NCBI GenBank assembly: GCA_037442105.1
Contig: JBBIQV010000028.1
Coordinates: 1-41,776 of the forward strand
Source of the DNA: Nitrospiraceae bacterium
GTDB lineage: Bacteria; Nitrospirota; Nitrospiria; Nitrospirales; Nitrospiraceae
Direction of reading: 5' to 3'
DNA length: 41,776 bases
Position numbers and translations under genes: made by a program. Under the pieces are notes generated by a model. It was not told where the DNA came from, did no database searches, and saw only the letters and a program-made list of their open reading frames with translations. This document shows positions 28,992 through 38,926 of the stretch, in pieces; positions within the stretch are counted from its first letter, which is position 1; the number at the start of each line of letters is the position of its first letter.

Positions 28992-29717
28992 TCACAAAGG
29001 TTTCATAAGCAACGCCGCCAGTCTTCCGATCGTCGGATCAGAGGAGAGGGCCTCGATGCGCTGCACCCAGTTCCGCTCCAAATCCGGATCGTAGGGGAGG
29101 GGACCGAAGACGGGCACGCCAGTCCGCTCTGCCAATACCTGCACAGTTGATGCCGCTTGTTGCAAGGCCTGCGGCGAGGAGGCGGGAGCTACCGGTTGAT
29201 TGAGGAGAATGGCAAGGATGCGCAAGCCATGTGCGCGGAGGGCATCGACGGTCATGAGCGCGTGATTGATCCCGCCCAACGCAGCTCGACCGACCACGAG
29301 CACCGGTAATCGAAGGGCCTCGATGAGGTCCACCACGTCGCTCTTCGGCCCAAGCGGAACCCTGACCCCCCCGACACCCTCAACAAACAGGAAGGCACAT
29401 TGTTTCGCCAGCGTGTTGTACGCACGAACAATCACGTCTAACTCGATCGTTCGTCCTTCTGCTTGTGCCGCCGCAAGCGGCGCCAACGGGAGGCGAAAGC
29501 AGTAGGGGTTGATCAGTTCCAGTGCTCCGTCGAATGAAGCAGCGGCAGCCAGACGGCTCGCGTCGGATGGACCAGCATCAAGGCCAACCCCGGTCTCCAC
29601 CGGTTTCATGACGCCGACAGAGAAGCCGGCCTTCACGCAATGCCGGACCAACGCCGCAGTGACGACCGTCTTGCCGACGCCGGTATCGGTCCCGGTGATG
29701 AAACAACCGCGAAGCAT
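28992..29717 (-). CDS. bioD: Dethiobiotin synthase
   Basis: FITGTDTGVGKT, MKPVETG, VEGVGG, LGGINHALMT. Confidence 0.95.
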   Translation of the reverse strand: MLRGCFITGTDTGVGKTVVTAALVRHCVKAGFSVGVMKPVETGVGLDAGPSDASRLAAAASFDGALELINPYCFRLPLAPLAAAQAEGRTIELDVIVRAYNTLAKQCAFLFVEGVGGVRVPLGPKSDVVDLIEALRLPVLVVGRAALGGINHALMTVDALRAHGLRILAILLNQPVAPASSPQALQQAASTVQVLAERTGVPVFGPLPYDPDLERNWVQRIEALSSDPTIGRLAALLMKPL

Positions 29718-29755
29718 GGTTCAAGTAAGAAGGCAAAAGTTCGTTTTGCCTTGTC

Positions 29756-30526
29756 TCAGAGAATCCGACTATCCAAATTCCATACTTGGCCTGCTACATC
29801 TTCGAGCTGGGCCAGATGCACCACCGACTTCGCCACCTCTTCAAGATTCGGAGTCCGGCCAAGGCAGTGGTCGTGCAACGCTTCTCCTTCCGGCAGGCGA
29901 TGACTGGCGAGGTCGGTCTTCTGCCAACCAGGCAACACCAGGTTGACCCGCACATTCGACGGTCCCAACTCCAGCGCAGCCGTTTTCATGAGCCCGAAAA
30001 GTCCCGCTTTCGAGGCAGCGTAGGCAGCCTGCCCCATTGTGCCCTGAAGCCCCGCATAGGAGCCGATGATGATGATCGATCCCGCTTTCTGCTCGACCAT
30101 GCGGGGCGCGGCTGCTTGCAGGCAATGAAAAACCCCGGTGAGATTCGTCTCAATCACTCGTTCCCATTCTTCAACGGATTGCCGCACGACCAAGGCGCTT
30201 GCGGCTGTGCCGGCATTGCAGATCATCACATCAAGATGTGCGTGGTCTCGACAGAACGCGTCTACCATGGCGGCTACCTGATCCGCGTGCCGAACGTCCG
30301 CCTGGTAGATCGACCCGGTTCCGCCGGCGGTTTGTATCAGATCGAGCGTATCGAGCGCCTCGGCCTTGCGCTCCCGGTAGTGAACGCCGACCTGCCATCC
30401 GGATTGCCCAAATATTCGACAAATGGCGCGCCCGATCCCGCGGGATCCTCCGGTGACCAAGACCGTCTTGGTGGAGGGCGATCGATGACGAGTAGGCCCA
30501 ACTTGTGAGCGAGATTGCCGTGCCAT
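29756..30526 (-). CDS. SDR family oxidoreductase, FabG-like (3-oxoacyl-ACP reductase)
   Basis: TGGSRGIG, NAG, YAASK motifs; co-oriented upstream of bioD. Confidence 0.9.
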   Translation of the reverse strand: MARQSRSQVGPTRHRSPSTKTVLVTGGSRGIGRAICRIFGQSGWQVGVHYRERKAEALDTLDLIQTAGGTGSIYQADVRHADQVAAMVDAFCRDHAHLDVMICNAGTAASALVVRQSVEEWERVIETNLTGVFHCLQAAAPRMVEQKAGSIIIIGSYAGLQGTMGQAAYAASKAGLFGLMKTAALELGPSNVRVNLVLPGWQKTDLASHRLPEGEALHDHCLGRTPNLEEVAKSVVHLAQLEDVAGQVWNLDSRIL

Positions 30527-30650
30527 AATTCACGTGGGCGGCATTATGAAAGGGGTGAACCCGACAAGGCAAGCAATGGAGCAACAGCCGATCCCTGGGG
30601 AGGAAATCTTGCTGCTCAAACAAAAGGTATGGTACCGTGGCATGCCGACC

Positions 30651-31565
30651 ATGCGAGCAAAGAACAAACGGAACCGAGGCGCTATGTATCTCTTGACCGT
30701 TTCACTCATGGGCTGGGTCGCTCTGACGCTGTTCGGGCTTGTGAGCCAGGTTCAGGCAGACGAAACGGTTACTGTGATCGCACACTCAGACGAGTACTTT
30801 CCCGATCGCCCGGGCAACCGCTGGCAGTATCGGGGCGAGATCTCAGAGGGACCACTGCAGGTCATCGATCAGAAATTCTTCGTCAACGAATCGAAGGTCA
30901 CGGGCACACGCACCGTGAAAGGTGTGACAGTGACCGTCTTCCACGACACAAACGCCGGCAATCATGGACCTTCCGACAGTTTCTATCGCCGAGATGCGGC
31001 CGGAATCGTCTACTATGGGTCTGAGCCCGGTACGCCGCTGGAACAGCAATTGGTCCCCTACCAGATCGTCAGATTCCCCCTGACGCTGTCTTCCTCGTTT
31101 CAGCAGTTCGACCGGAATGATCTCGATTTCGGTACCGATGTGGACGGTGATGGCACCAACGAGCATGTCGACGTCCAGGGAGTCGTCTCTGTCCTCGCCC
31201 AGGAATCCGTGAATGTGCCGGCCGGCTCATATCCCGATGCCGTGAAGGTGGAGGCGCGCATGACCCTGCGCATTCATCTTTCCAGCACCGGCAAGTCGGC
31301 CACAGGTATCGATGTCATGACCGCCTGGTTTGCCAAAGGGGTCGGGTTGATTAAGTATGTCGAACGGCAAGAACTGCCCCCGATCAGAACGGATCGCGGG
31401 ATGGTGACGGAAATTTCCGAGGAACTCGACGAGTACCAGGTGCAATCGGCGTCCGGTTCATTCAGCCGGCGCGAATCCTCGACGGAGAGTGTGCTCGCTG
31501 ACCACGCGGGCGACCATGAACTGGGCGAGATAGTCTTCCCCACCGGCCTTCGCACCGACTCCTGA
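30651..31565 (+). CDS. Exported hypothetical beta-rich protein
   Basis: Signal-like hydrophobic segment, YFPDRPGNRWQY, VNVPAGSY, WFAKGVGLIK, and a DxDGDG motif. Start uncertain (30534, 30651 or 30684). Confidence 0.7.
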   Translation: MRAKNKRNRGAMYLLTVSLMGWVALTLFGLVSQVQADETVTVIAHSDEYFPDRPGNRWQYRGEISEGPLQVIDQKFFVNESKVTGTRTVKGVTVTVFHDTNAGNHGPSDSFYRRDAAGIVYYGSEPGTPLEQQLVPYQIVRFPLTLSSSFQQFDRNDLDFGTDVDGDGTNEHVDVQGVVSVLAQESVNVPAGSYPDAVKVEARMTLRIHLSSTGKSATGIDVMTAWFAKGVGLIKYVERQELPPIRTDRGMVTEISEELDEYQVQSASGSFSRRESSTESVLADHAGDHELGEIVFPTGLRTDS

Positions 31566-34454
31566 CAGTCGGTGTCCTCCAAACGGCTGGCGGCTCACCA
31601 GCGCGCCGGTGATCGGGCGGTTGAGGTACAGATTCCCTACATCGAACGTGTCTCGGGCCAGGTCGAGATTGGCCGGGCTGCGCGAATAGACCCCGCCGGT
31701 CAGGGCATAGGAGGTCGAATTGGCGAGCCGGAGCGCTTCCTCGAACGTTTTCGCCCGCATCACGGCGAGCACGGGCCCGAAGATCTCCTCCTGCGCCAGT
31801 CGATGATGGGGCTGGATATCGGCAAAGATCACCGGTCCGGCGAAGTAGCCGGCATCATCGACGCGCCGTTCCACGACGAGCCGGCCTTCCTGTTGTCCGA
31901 TCTCTATATACTGCCGCACTTTCTCCTGTGCCCGCGCATCGATCAGTGGCCCCACGCGTGTTCCCGGATCTTCCGGATGACCGATGTACAGGCTCTGGAC
32001 CGCCTCCGCCAGCCGTTCCAGAAATACGTCATAGACCGTCTCATGCACGATCGCGCGCGAGCAGGCCGAGCATTTTTGCCCGGCATAGCCGGTGAACGAT
32101 GTCACCACACCGGTAATCGCTTCGTCCAAGTCTGCCGTTTCATCGACGACGATGGCGTTCTTCCCTCCCATTTCCGCAATGACCCGCTTCACCATGCGTT
32201 GATCCGGCAGGATACGGGTTGCTTGCTCAAGAATCCACAAGCCGGCTTCCTTGGAACCGGTGAACGCGATGGTCGCCACGTGCGGGTCCATCACCAAGGC
32301 ACGACCTACCGCCGGACCGCCCGGAAGAAAGTGCAATGCGCCGCGAAGAACTCCGGCTTCCGTCAATATTTCCACCAGGAGGTGGCCCATGACCGGCGCC
32401 CGTTCGGAAGGCTTGAATAGGACGGCATTGCCGGTGACCAGTGCGGCCGATACCATGCCGGTCGGAATCGCCAGCGGAAAGTTCCATGGGGCGATCACGA
32501 CTGTGACGCCGCGCGGACTATACAGTCGATGGTTCAGCTCGCCGGGAGCCCGGCCCAAGCGCCGTGGGCTACCCAGCCTCGCCATCTCCCGCGAATAGAA
32601 CTCCAGGAAGTCGATCGCCTCGGCTACATCCGCATCGGCTTCCCTCCACGGCTTCCCGGTTTCGAAAATTTCCCAAGCCGCCAGTTCGTACCGCCGCACA
32701 CGCATGAGGGCAGCGGCCTTTCGCAAGACAGCCACGCGCTGAGACGCGGGAATCGCTTGCCATTCATGAAATCCTTGTTGCGCGGCACGGACCACCGCCG
32801 ATATATCCTCCGGCGCGTAGGTCCGAAGACGTCCGACCGGTTGGCTCGGCCGCCCCGGATCGTAAGACCGGACCTCTTCTCCGGTCATGGACGCACCGGC
32901 AGGAGGATGAATCGGACGTTCCCGGCCGAGTTGCGCAGCGACCGAGCGGATCGCCTGGCGCATAGCCTCGCGCACCGGGGCTTGCGAGAAATCGGAGTGG
33001 GGTTCGTTCGTAAACGGCAGCGGCTCATGCTGTGCCGAAGCCAACTCGGGCGGTGGCAGCGACGATCGACCGCTCACCCGGTTTTCGGAGGAAGGAAAAG
33101 TCGGCGGAGCGGCCAACAAGCTGCTGAGGGGCTGCGACTCCACATATTCCTTTCGGAGGAACGATTCGTTGGAGGTATTCTCCAGCAACCGTCGCACAAG
33201 ATAGGCCATGCCCGGCAGCAGTTCGCCGACCGGCGTGTAGATCCGCAAGCGGCGTCCCAGCTTCGTCATCGCCTCCTGGAACGGCTCGGCCATGCCGAAA
33301 ATCATCTGGTACTCCCACATCTCCGGCGGCAGATTGAGCGACTCCGCGACCGCCTCCACATGGGCGAGACTCCGGAGATTATGTGTGCCGAAGGCGGGTC
33401 TGATCTCGCCTATATGCTGTAAGAGCGTGTGACTGAGCGCTTCGTAGTGGGCGTCGGTCTCGCTTTTCTGCTCGAAGAGCGGCACCGGCCACCCTTGTTG
33501 GCGATACCGGATGGTATCGGAATCCCAGTACGCGCCTTTGACGAGCCGGATCGTGATCGGCGCGCCGCGCTGCCGTGTCCACAGCAGCAGGCTCTCGATG
33601 TCGTCGTGCGTCGTTCGGTGGTAGGCCTGCAATGCCAAGCCGGCATATGGATAGGATCGGTACGAGTCCTCCAAGAGAAGCCGCTTGAAGATGAAGAGAA
33701 TCAGGTCTTTTGTCTCGGCCTGTTCCATATCGAAGATCAAAGACGCCGGCAAAGCGCAGGCGAGATCCAGCAGCGGGCGCACTCGCGCGGCCACCGATCG
33801 GAAGCTTCCCTCCGGGTCGATCGGATCGAGCTGCGACGAGAGCGCAGAGATTTTCAGTGAGAGTTGTACCCGGGGCAGGGGACCGAGGTGGTCGCGCTCG
33901 AGCAACGGAGCAGCAGGCCACAAGACCGCGGCTCGTCCCAACTCTCTCAGCGCAGCCAGGCAATGGTCACGATAGCGGTCGCTCTCTCGCTCGCTGACCG
34001 TCGCTTCACCGAGCAGATCGACCGAACAGGCTCTGCCTTCTTTCCAGAGGCGCGCGAGGACGGGCAAGGCTTCGTCCACGGACGCCCCTCCGATGAATGT
34101 CCGCGCCATCTGTTCGACCTGGTGGCGTATCGACTTGCCGCTGAGCCGGGCTCCCAGACTGACCGACGTCAACGCTTTGAGCCCCCACTGCAGGCCGAAG
34201 ACGCTCCCGCTCATCTCCCCGAAGTACTCCTCGGCCAGTTTCACGACTTGCGCATCGTCGCGGACGGAGGGCAGCACATCGATGAATCGGAAGAGCTGTG
34301 TCTTGAAAACGGTGTCCTTCATGGCGAGGTTCATGACCGTCTGCGACCACCAGCGGGAATCGAAGATGCTCGGGGAGAGGCCGGCTGAGAGACGGGCGAG
34401 TTCATCGCCGATCCGACGGATCTGCGGCTCGAATGAGGAAAGTTCTGGCGCCAT
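31458..34454 (-). CDS. putA: Bifunctional proline dehydrogenase / P5C dehydrogenase PutA
   Basis: LFRFIDVLP, DLLGEA, RLVKGAYWD, AYLVRRLLENTSNESF, PWNFPLAI, EMGGKN, GQKCSACSR, EEIFGPV. Confidence 0.95.
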   Translation of the reverse strand: MAPELSSFEPQIRRIGDELARLSAGLSPSIFDSRWWSQTVMNLAMKDTVFKTQLFRFIDVLPSVRDDAQVVKLAEEYFGEMSGSVFGLQWGLKALTSVSLGARLSGKSIRHQVEQMARTFIGGASVDEALPVLARLWKEGRACSVDLLGEATVSERESDRYRDHCLAALRELGRAAVLWPAAPLLERDHLGPLPRVQLSLKISALSSQLDPIDPEGSFRSVAARVRPLLDLACALPASLIFDMEQAETKDLILFIFKRLLLEDSYRSYPYAGLALQAYHRTTHDDIESLLLWTRQRGAPITIRLVKGAYWDSDTIRYRQQGWPVPLFEQKSETDAHYEALSHTLLQHIGEIRPAFGTHNLRSLAHVEAVAESLNLPPEMWEYQMIFGMAEPFQEAMTKLGRRLRIYTPVGELLPGMAYLVRRLLENTSNESFLRKEYVESQPLSSLLAAPPTFPSSENRVSGRSSLPPPELASAQHEPLPFTNEPHSDFSQAPVREAMRQAIRSVAAQLGRERPIHPPAGASMTGEEVRSYDPGRPSQPVGRLRTYAPEDISAVVRAAQQGFHEWQAIPASQRVAVLRKAAALMRVRRYELAAWEIFETGKPWREADADVAEAIDFLEFYSREMARLGSPRRLGRAPGELNHRLYSPRGVTVVIAPWNFPLAIPTGMVSAALVTGNAVLFKPSERAPVMGHLLVEILTEAGVLRGALHFLPGGPAVGRALVMDPHVATIAFTGSKEAGLWILEQATRILPDQRMVKRVIAEMGGKNAIVVDETADLDEAITGVVTSFTGYAGQKCSACSRAIVHETVYDVFLERLAEAVQSLYIGHPEDPGTRVGPLIDARAQEKVRQYIEIGQQEGRLVVERRVDDAGYFAGPVIFADIQPHHRLAQEEIFGPVLAVMRAKTFEEALRLANSTSYALTGGVYSRSPANLDLARDTFDVGNLYLNRPITGALVSRQPFGGHRLSGVGAKAGGEDYLAQFMVARVVSEHTLRRGFAPAE

Positions 34455-34597
34455 AGCCCGGGTCGCGATAGAAGGAAAGGACTTGATAAACAACAAATTC
34501 AGTATACACCCCAAGGCTGGTGTTGAAAATTGGAAGGTGCTTCGCTACCATGCGCCGCCGCACCTCATGTTCCGAATCCACTTTGCAAGGAGGATTC

Positions 34598-35440
34598 ATG
34601 ACGGATACGTCGAAATCTCCGATTGCGTGGGGAATGGTCGTGCTCTTCTCCACGATGACCGCGGTTACGCTGATCGGCGTCCCGCTGTTCGCTTATTATT
34701 ACGACTACACCGTGTTGGACTGGATCCTGCTGGGGGTCCTCTATATCGCCACAGGCATGGGCATCACTGTCGGCTACCATCGGCTGCTCTCGCACCGGAG
34801 CTTCGAATGCGCGCCGTGGGTGAAGGCTTGCCTGCTGGTCATTGGGGGATGGGCGTTGCAGAATACGGCGCTGCTCTGGTGTGCCGATCACATACGCCAC
34901 CATGCGCGGTGCGATCAGGAAGAGGACCCCTACAATGCGACCAAGGGATTCTGGCACAGCCACTGCGGATGGCTGTTCACCGATACACCCTATCGGGAGA
35001 AAAAATACGAGACGTGGTTGCGGAAAGATCCGATGGTCATGTGGCAACATCGTTACTACGTCCCGATCGTGATCTCCGGCCTGGCACTACCCTTTGTCGT
35101 CGGCCTCATTAACGACGGCTGGATCGGAGGCCTCGGCTGTTTTCTGATAGCCGGGATGCTCCGGACGGTCCTCGTGCTGAATTCCACCTTCACGATCAAC
35201 TCGCTCTGCCACATCTGGGGCAGCCAGCCGCACGGCACGAACGACAGCAGCCGTGATAGCTGGCTCATCTCCTTGGTCAGCTTCGGCGAGGGCTATCACA
35301 ACTACCACCACACCTACGCGCGCGATTACCGGAACGGGCCGAAGTGGTACAACTTCGATCCCTCGAAGTGGATCATCTATGGACTCTCGACTCTCGGCCT
35401 GGCTTCGAATCTTCGCCGCAACGAAAATATGACCGGCTGA
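34598..35440 (+). CDS. Membrane delta-9 type fatty acid desaturase
   Basis: Three His boxes HRLLSH, HIRHH, GEGYHNYHH; AGGAGG RBS before ATG 34598. Confidence 0.93.
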   Translation: MTDTSKSPIAWGMVVLFSTMTAVTLIGVPLFAYYYDYTVLDWILLGVLYIATGMGITVGYHRLLSHRSFECAPWVKACLLVIGGWALQNTALLWCADHIRHHARCDQEEDPYNATKGFWHSHCGWLFTDTPYREKKYETWLRKDPMVMWQHRYYVPIVISGLALPFVVGLINDGWIGGLGCFLIAGMLRTVLVLNSTFTINSLCHIWGSQPHGTNDSSRDSWLISLVSFGEGYHNYHHTYARDYRNGPKWYNFDPSKWIIYGLSTLGLASNLRRNENMTG

Positions 35441-35590
35441 AGGAGACCCCTCCGACTTTCCCTTTCGGGCCAGGCGTCGCTTGGTCCGTCCGGCCCATTC
35501 CATTTCCGTGCATAGTTCGCTTATGATGACTTCGTGCGGCCGATATAGGACGGCGGTACGAGCCACTGACTCGATAGAGGAGGACCTACG

Positions 35591-36460
35591 ATGGCTGACG
35601 GTCATCCCGAACCGACCCCTCAAGACAGAGAGAATCTGATTCCCGGCGTCAAACATGTCATCGCCGTCAGCAGCGGCAAAGGCGGCGTGGGGAAATCCAC
35701 CGTGTCCGTCAATCTTGCCGTCGCGCTGAGCTTGGCCGGCGCGAAAGTCGGGCTGCTCGACGCGGATATCTACGGTCCCAACATTCCTATGATGATGGGA
35801 GTGGAGAAGCCGCCCGAACAAAAAGACGGAAAAATTGCGCCGGCAGTAAGCCACGGGGTGAAGCTTATTTCGATGGGCTTCTTCGTGCCGGCGGAAACCG
35901 CGGTGGTCTGGCGAGGCCCGATGGTCCATACCGCCATTCAGCAGCTCTTCCGCGACGTCCTGTGGGGTGAGCTGGACTATCTCTTAATCGATCTCCCGCC
36001 CGGCACCGGCGACGCGCAACTCACCCTGTCGCAACTGGTACCCCTGTCCGGCGCCGTGACGGTCACGACACCGCAGGAAGTCGCCCTGCATGACGTGCGG
36101 AAAGGGATGATGATGTTTCAGAAAGTCAACGTGCCGTTGCTGGGCATCATCGAGAATATGAGTTATTTCGTCTGCGGCCATTGCGGCCATCGGACGGACA
36201 TCTTCTCGCACGGAGGCGGGGAACGAGCGGCGGAAAAACTGGGCGTGCCATTCTTGGGGGGCATTCCCATCGACCCCGAGATCTGTGAAGGTGGAGATAT
36301 TGGCCGGCCGATCGCCGTTGCCAATCCCGACTCACCGCAGGCCCGGGCATTCCGCCAAATCGCCGCGAAGCTGATGGCAGAACTCGCCGGTGGGCAGGAG
36401 GTTCCACCGATCGAGAGCCTGCTGAAGAAGATCAAGAATCCCTTGGCGACCGGCATCTAA
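35591..36460 (+). CDS. apbC: Mrp/NBP35 family iron-sulfur cluster carrier ApbC
   Basis: [41 protein letters not shown]. Confidence 0.95.
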   Translation: MADGHPEPTPQDRENLIPGVKHVIAVSSGKGGVGKSTVSVNLAVALSLAGAKVGLLDADIYGPNIPMMMGVEKPPEQKDGKIAPAVSHGVKLISMGFFVPAETAVVWRGPMVHTAIQQLFRDVLWGELDYLLIDLPPGTGDAQLTLSQLVPLSGAVTVTTPQEVALHDVRKGMMMFQKVNVPLLGIIENMSYFVCGHCGHRTDIFSHGGGERAAEKLGVPFLGGIPIDPEICEGGDIGRPIAVANPDSPQARAFRQIAAKLMAELAGGQEVPPIESLLKKIKNPLATGI

Positions 36461-36497
36461 CCACTGAAACATACCGGTACAAGACGGAGGAATGGAG

Positions 36498-36803
36498 ATG
36501 GCTGAGTTTGTAAGGGTTGCAGATGCGACGGATGTGAAGCCAGGCACGGGCATAGTCGCCGAAGTGAACGGCCAGGCTATCGCCCTGTTCAATCTCGGCG
36601 GCACCTTCTACGCGATTGACAACACGTGTGTCCACCGCGGTGGCCCGTTGGGCGAAGGCGACGTAGACGGAGAGATCGTCACCTGCCCCTGGCATGGCTG
36701 GCAGTTCAATGTGAAGACAGGTGCTTGCGAGAACAACCCTGCCGCTTGCGTCAAATCATACGATGTGAAGGTCGAGGGATCGGACGTGAAGGTGCTGCTG
36801 TAA
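36498..36803 (+). CDS. Rieske-type 2Fe-2S ferredoxin
   Basis: CVH and CPWH ligands; GGAGG RBS 7 nt before ATG 36498. Confidence 0.92.
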   Translation: MAEFVRVADATDVKPGTGIVAEVNGQAIALFNLGGTFYAIDNTCVHRGGPLGEGDVDGEIVTCPWHGWQFNVKTGACENNPAACVKSYDVKVEGSDVKVLL

Positions 36804-36832
36804 CCAACGTCTTGGAGAAACAGTGCACGACG

Positions 36833-37189
36833 ATGCCGGCGCCAAGTCCTATCGAAGTCACCGAAACGCTCGTCCGGCTCTACGTGTTTCTGGCGCAGTA
36901 CCTCGATCGCTGCACGGACGAAGCCGCCAGGAAGGCGTATCCGGACGAAGAGCTCCATGCGCACCTTGCCGCCACGCGTGCCGCCATGGCGGATATCCTG
37001 GCGGTCAATCCGGTGGTCAAGAACAAGGTGGAGAAAGAATGCAACGACGTGCTCGCCATCGGCGCCGCCATATTGAAAGGCGGGAGCGGGCGAGCAACAG
37101 TGATGGAGCACATGAAGGCACAGCGTGCCATCCTGCGGAACAAGACGATCGCCTTGAGCGATTTGCTGGCCGTGTTCCGCGCCCGATGA
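36833..37189 (+). CDS. Hypothetical helical protein
   Basis: ORF filling the gap in a + strand gene run; no recognised motif. Confidence 0.6.
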   Translation: MPAPSPIEVTETLVRLYVFLAQYLDRCTDEAARKAYPDEELHAHLAATRAAMADILAVNPVVKNKVEKECNDVLAIGAAILKGGSGRATVMEHMKAQRAILRNKTIALSDLLAVFRAR

Positions 37190-37217
37190 AAGCGCGCTGG
37201 CAGAGCCGTTTCTCACC

Positions 37218-37577
37218 ATGGCGGAGGAGTCGCCTGAGAAATATCAGTTGGCCGGACTCGATGTGCGGGAACGCGGGTTCAGCCGTCCGGTCGTGTTCGA
37301 GCATACGGAAATCGGCTACCGTGCGATTCTCCGCTACGAAACGACCACGATCGTCACCGAACCCCAATCGTCCCAGGCTGCGGCTCTCCGGGAACTGATA
37401 CACTTACTTCAAGGACAGGGCTACACGCAGCTACGGTCCCAGCTCAGTTTTCAGCAGGGCATGTATCAGGGATCTCAGCATCCGTGGATCGAGTATCCCG
37501 ATCCACCCCGCGGGTCAAGTCGCGGACTCTTAGCCAAAGTTCGCCGCTGGTTCGAGGGGAGAGGAGTCGCGCCATGA
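37218..37577 (+). CDS. Hypothetical protein
   Basis: 119-aa ORF with ATGA overlap to the lipA start. Confidence 0.6.
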   Translation: MAEESPEKYQLAGLDVRERGFSRPVVFEHTEIGYRAILRYETTTIVTEPQSSQAAALRELIHLLQGQGYTQLRSQLSFQQGMYQGSQHPWIEYPDPPRGSSRGLLAKVRRWFEGRGVAP

Positions 37578-38482
37578 GCTTCGTGCCGATCGCACAGCTT
37601 CGCAGGGCCGGCGGAGCGTCGACTTCAGCCACCGGCTACAGCGGGCGCCTGCCGCCCTGGTTCAAGGTCCGTCTCCGGACCGGGCCGGACTATCAGGACA
37701 TCCGTCGCATCATGGACCGGCTCAACCTTCACACGATCTGTGAAGAGGCACGTTGTCCGAACGTTTGGGAATGTTGGAACGCGCGCACCGCAACGTTCCT
37801 GATCCTGGGCGACATCTGTACCAGACGATGCCATTACTGTTCCGTGACCACAGGCCGGCCGTTGGAGCTGGATCGTGAAGAACCGCTGCGAGTCGCTCAA
37901 GCCGTCCAGGCGCTGGGGCTCAGGCATGCGGTCATCACGTCGGTGAACCGGGATGAGTTGGAGAATGGAGGGGCGTCGATCTTCGTTGAAACGATCAGGC
38001 ACATCCGCCGCTTACTGCCGTCCTGCAGCGTCGAAATACTGATCCCGGACTTCGAAGGGAACGGAGCGGCTCTGGCGATGGTCGCGGCAGAGAAACCGGA
38101 TATCCTCAATCACAACATCGAGACGGTCCGGCGGCTGTTCCCTTCCATCAGGCCACAGGGCAAATATCAGCGATCAATCGAATTGCTCGGCAGAGCGAAA
38201 CAGATGGACATGAAAACCAAGTCGGGCTTGATCGTCGGCATGGGCGAGACAATGGACGAGATTCATGAAGTGATGCGGGACCTCCGTGCCGTCGGCTGCG
38301 ACATCATGACCATCGGCCAGTACCTCCAGCCGACAAAAGAGCATTTACCAGTCGCCCGCTTCTACCATCCCGACGAATTTGCCGCTCTGAAAGAGGAAGG
38401 CCTCGCCCTCGGCTTCAGCCACGTTGAATCGGGCCCGCTGGTGCGAAGTTCCTATCACGCTGAGAGGCAAGTTTCCTCTTGA
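37574..38482 (+). CDS. lipA: Lipoyl synthase
   Basis: CEEARCPNVWEC auxiliary cluster motif, CTRRCHYC radical SAM motif, VRSSYHA. Confidence 0.97.
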   Translation: MSFVPIAQLRRAGGASTSATGYSGRLPPWFKVRLRTGPDYQDIRRIMDRLNLHTICEEARCPNVWECWNARTATFLILGDICTRRCHYCSVTTGRPLELDREEPLRVAQAVQALGLRHAVITSVNRDELENGGASIFVETIRHIRRLLPSCSVEILIPDFEGNGAALAMVAAEKPDILNHNIETVRRLFPSIRPQGKYQRSIELLGRAKQMDMKTKSGLIVGMGETMDEIHEVMRDLRAVGCDIMTIGQYLQPTKEHLPVARFYHPDEFAALKEEGLALGFSHVESGPLVRSSYHAERQVSS

Positions 38483-38503
38483 AGCCTGTTCCCGTTCATT
38501 GAA

Positions 38504-38532
38504 TTGACTCTCCTCCGACCCCTTCATATAAT
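38504..38532 (+). promoter_or_regulatory. Near-consensus sigma70 promoter of the GlmL-like operon
   Basis: TTGACT (38504-38509), 17-bp spacer, TATAAT (38527-38532). Confidence 0.7.
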
Positions 38533-38572
38533 GACCGGCTGTCAACGATGTTGGCTCTTTTCCCTTCAGGTT

Positions 38573-38926
38573 ATGGCTTCCTTTTCCAGAGAATCCATCG
38601 TCCAGACGCTCGGCAAGTTCCGTGATGGGTTCAGACACGCGTTTGCGGTTCGCCGAGAGCAGAACGACTTCACCAGCGAAGACGTGGCTCTGCTTGAACG
38701 GGTGGCCGAGGCCGTCGTGAAACGCGGGATGGCGGCGCCAGCCACGGCGTTTCTCGAATCGCTCGGTCCCATGAACTTTCTCGGCAGCCAGGCGTTGCAC
38801 TTTCTCACGCCGATTCTCGAATTCGCCTTCAATGCGCGCGAAGTAGAGCAGGTGGCTCATTTGCTTGAACGGCGCGATACCATCGCCCGGCTCATCACCC
38901 TCATCGAGGCGAAGTCTGCTCGATGA
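38573..38926 (+). CDS. Hypothetical protein, first gene of the GlmL-like operon
   Basis: ORF from ATG 38573 (FLESLGPMNFLGSQALHF); ATGA overlap with the next gene. Confidence 0.7.
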   Translation: MASFSRESIVQTLGKFRDGFRHAFAVRREQNDFTSEDVALLERVAEAVVKRGMAAPATAFLESLGPMNFLGSQALHFLTPILEFAFNAREVEQVAHLLERRDTIARLITLIEAKSAR

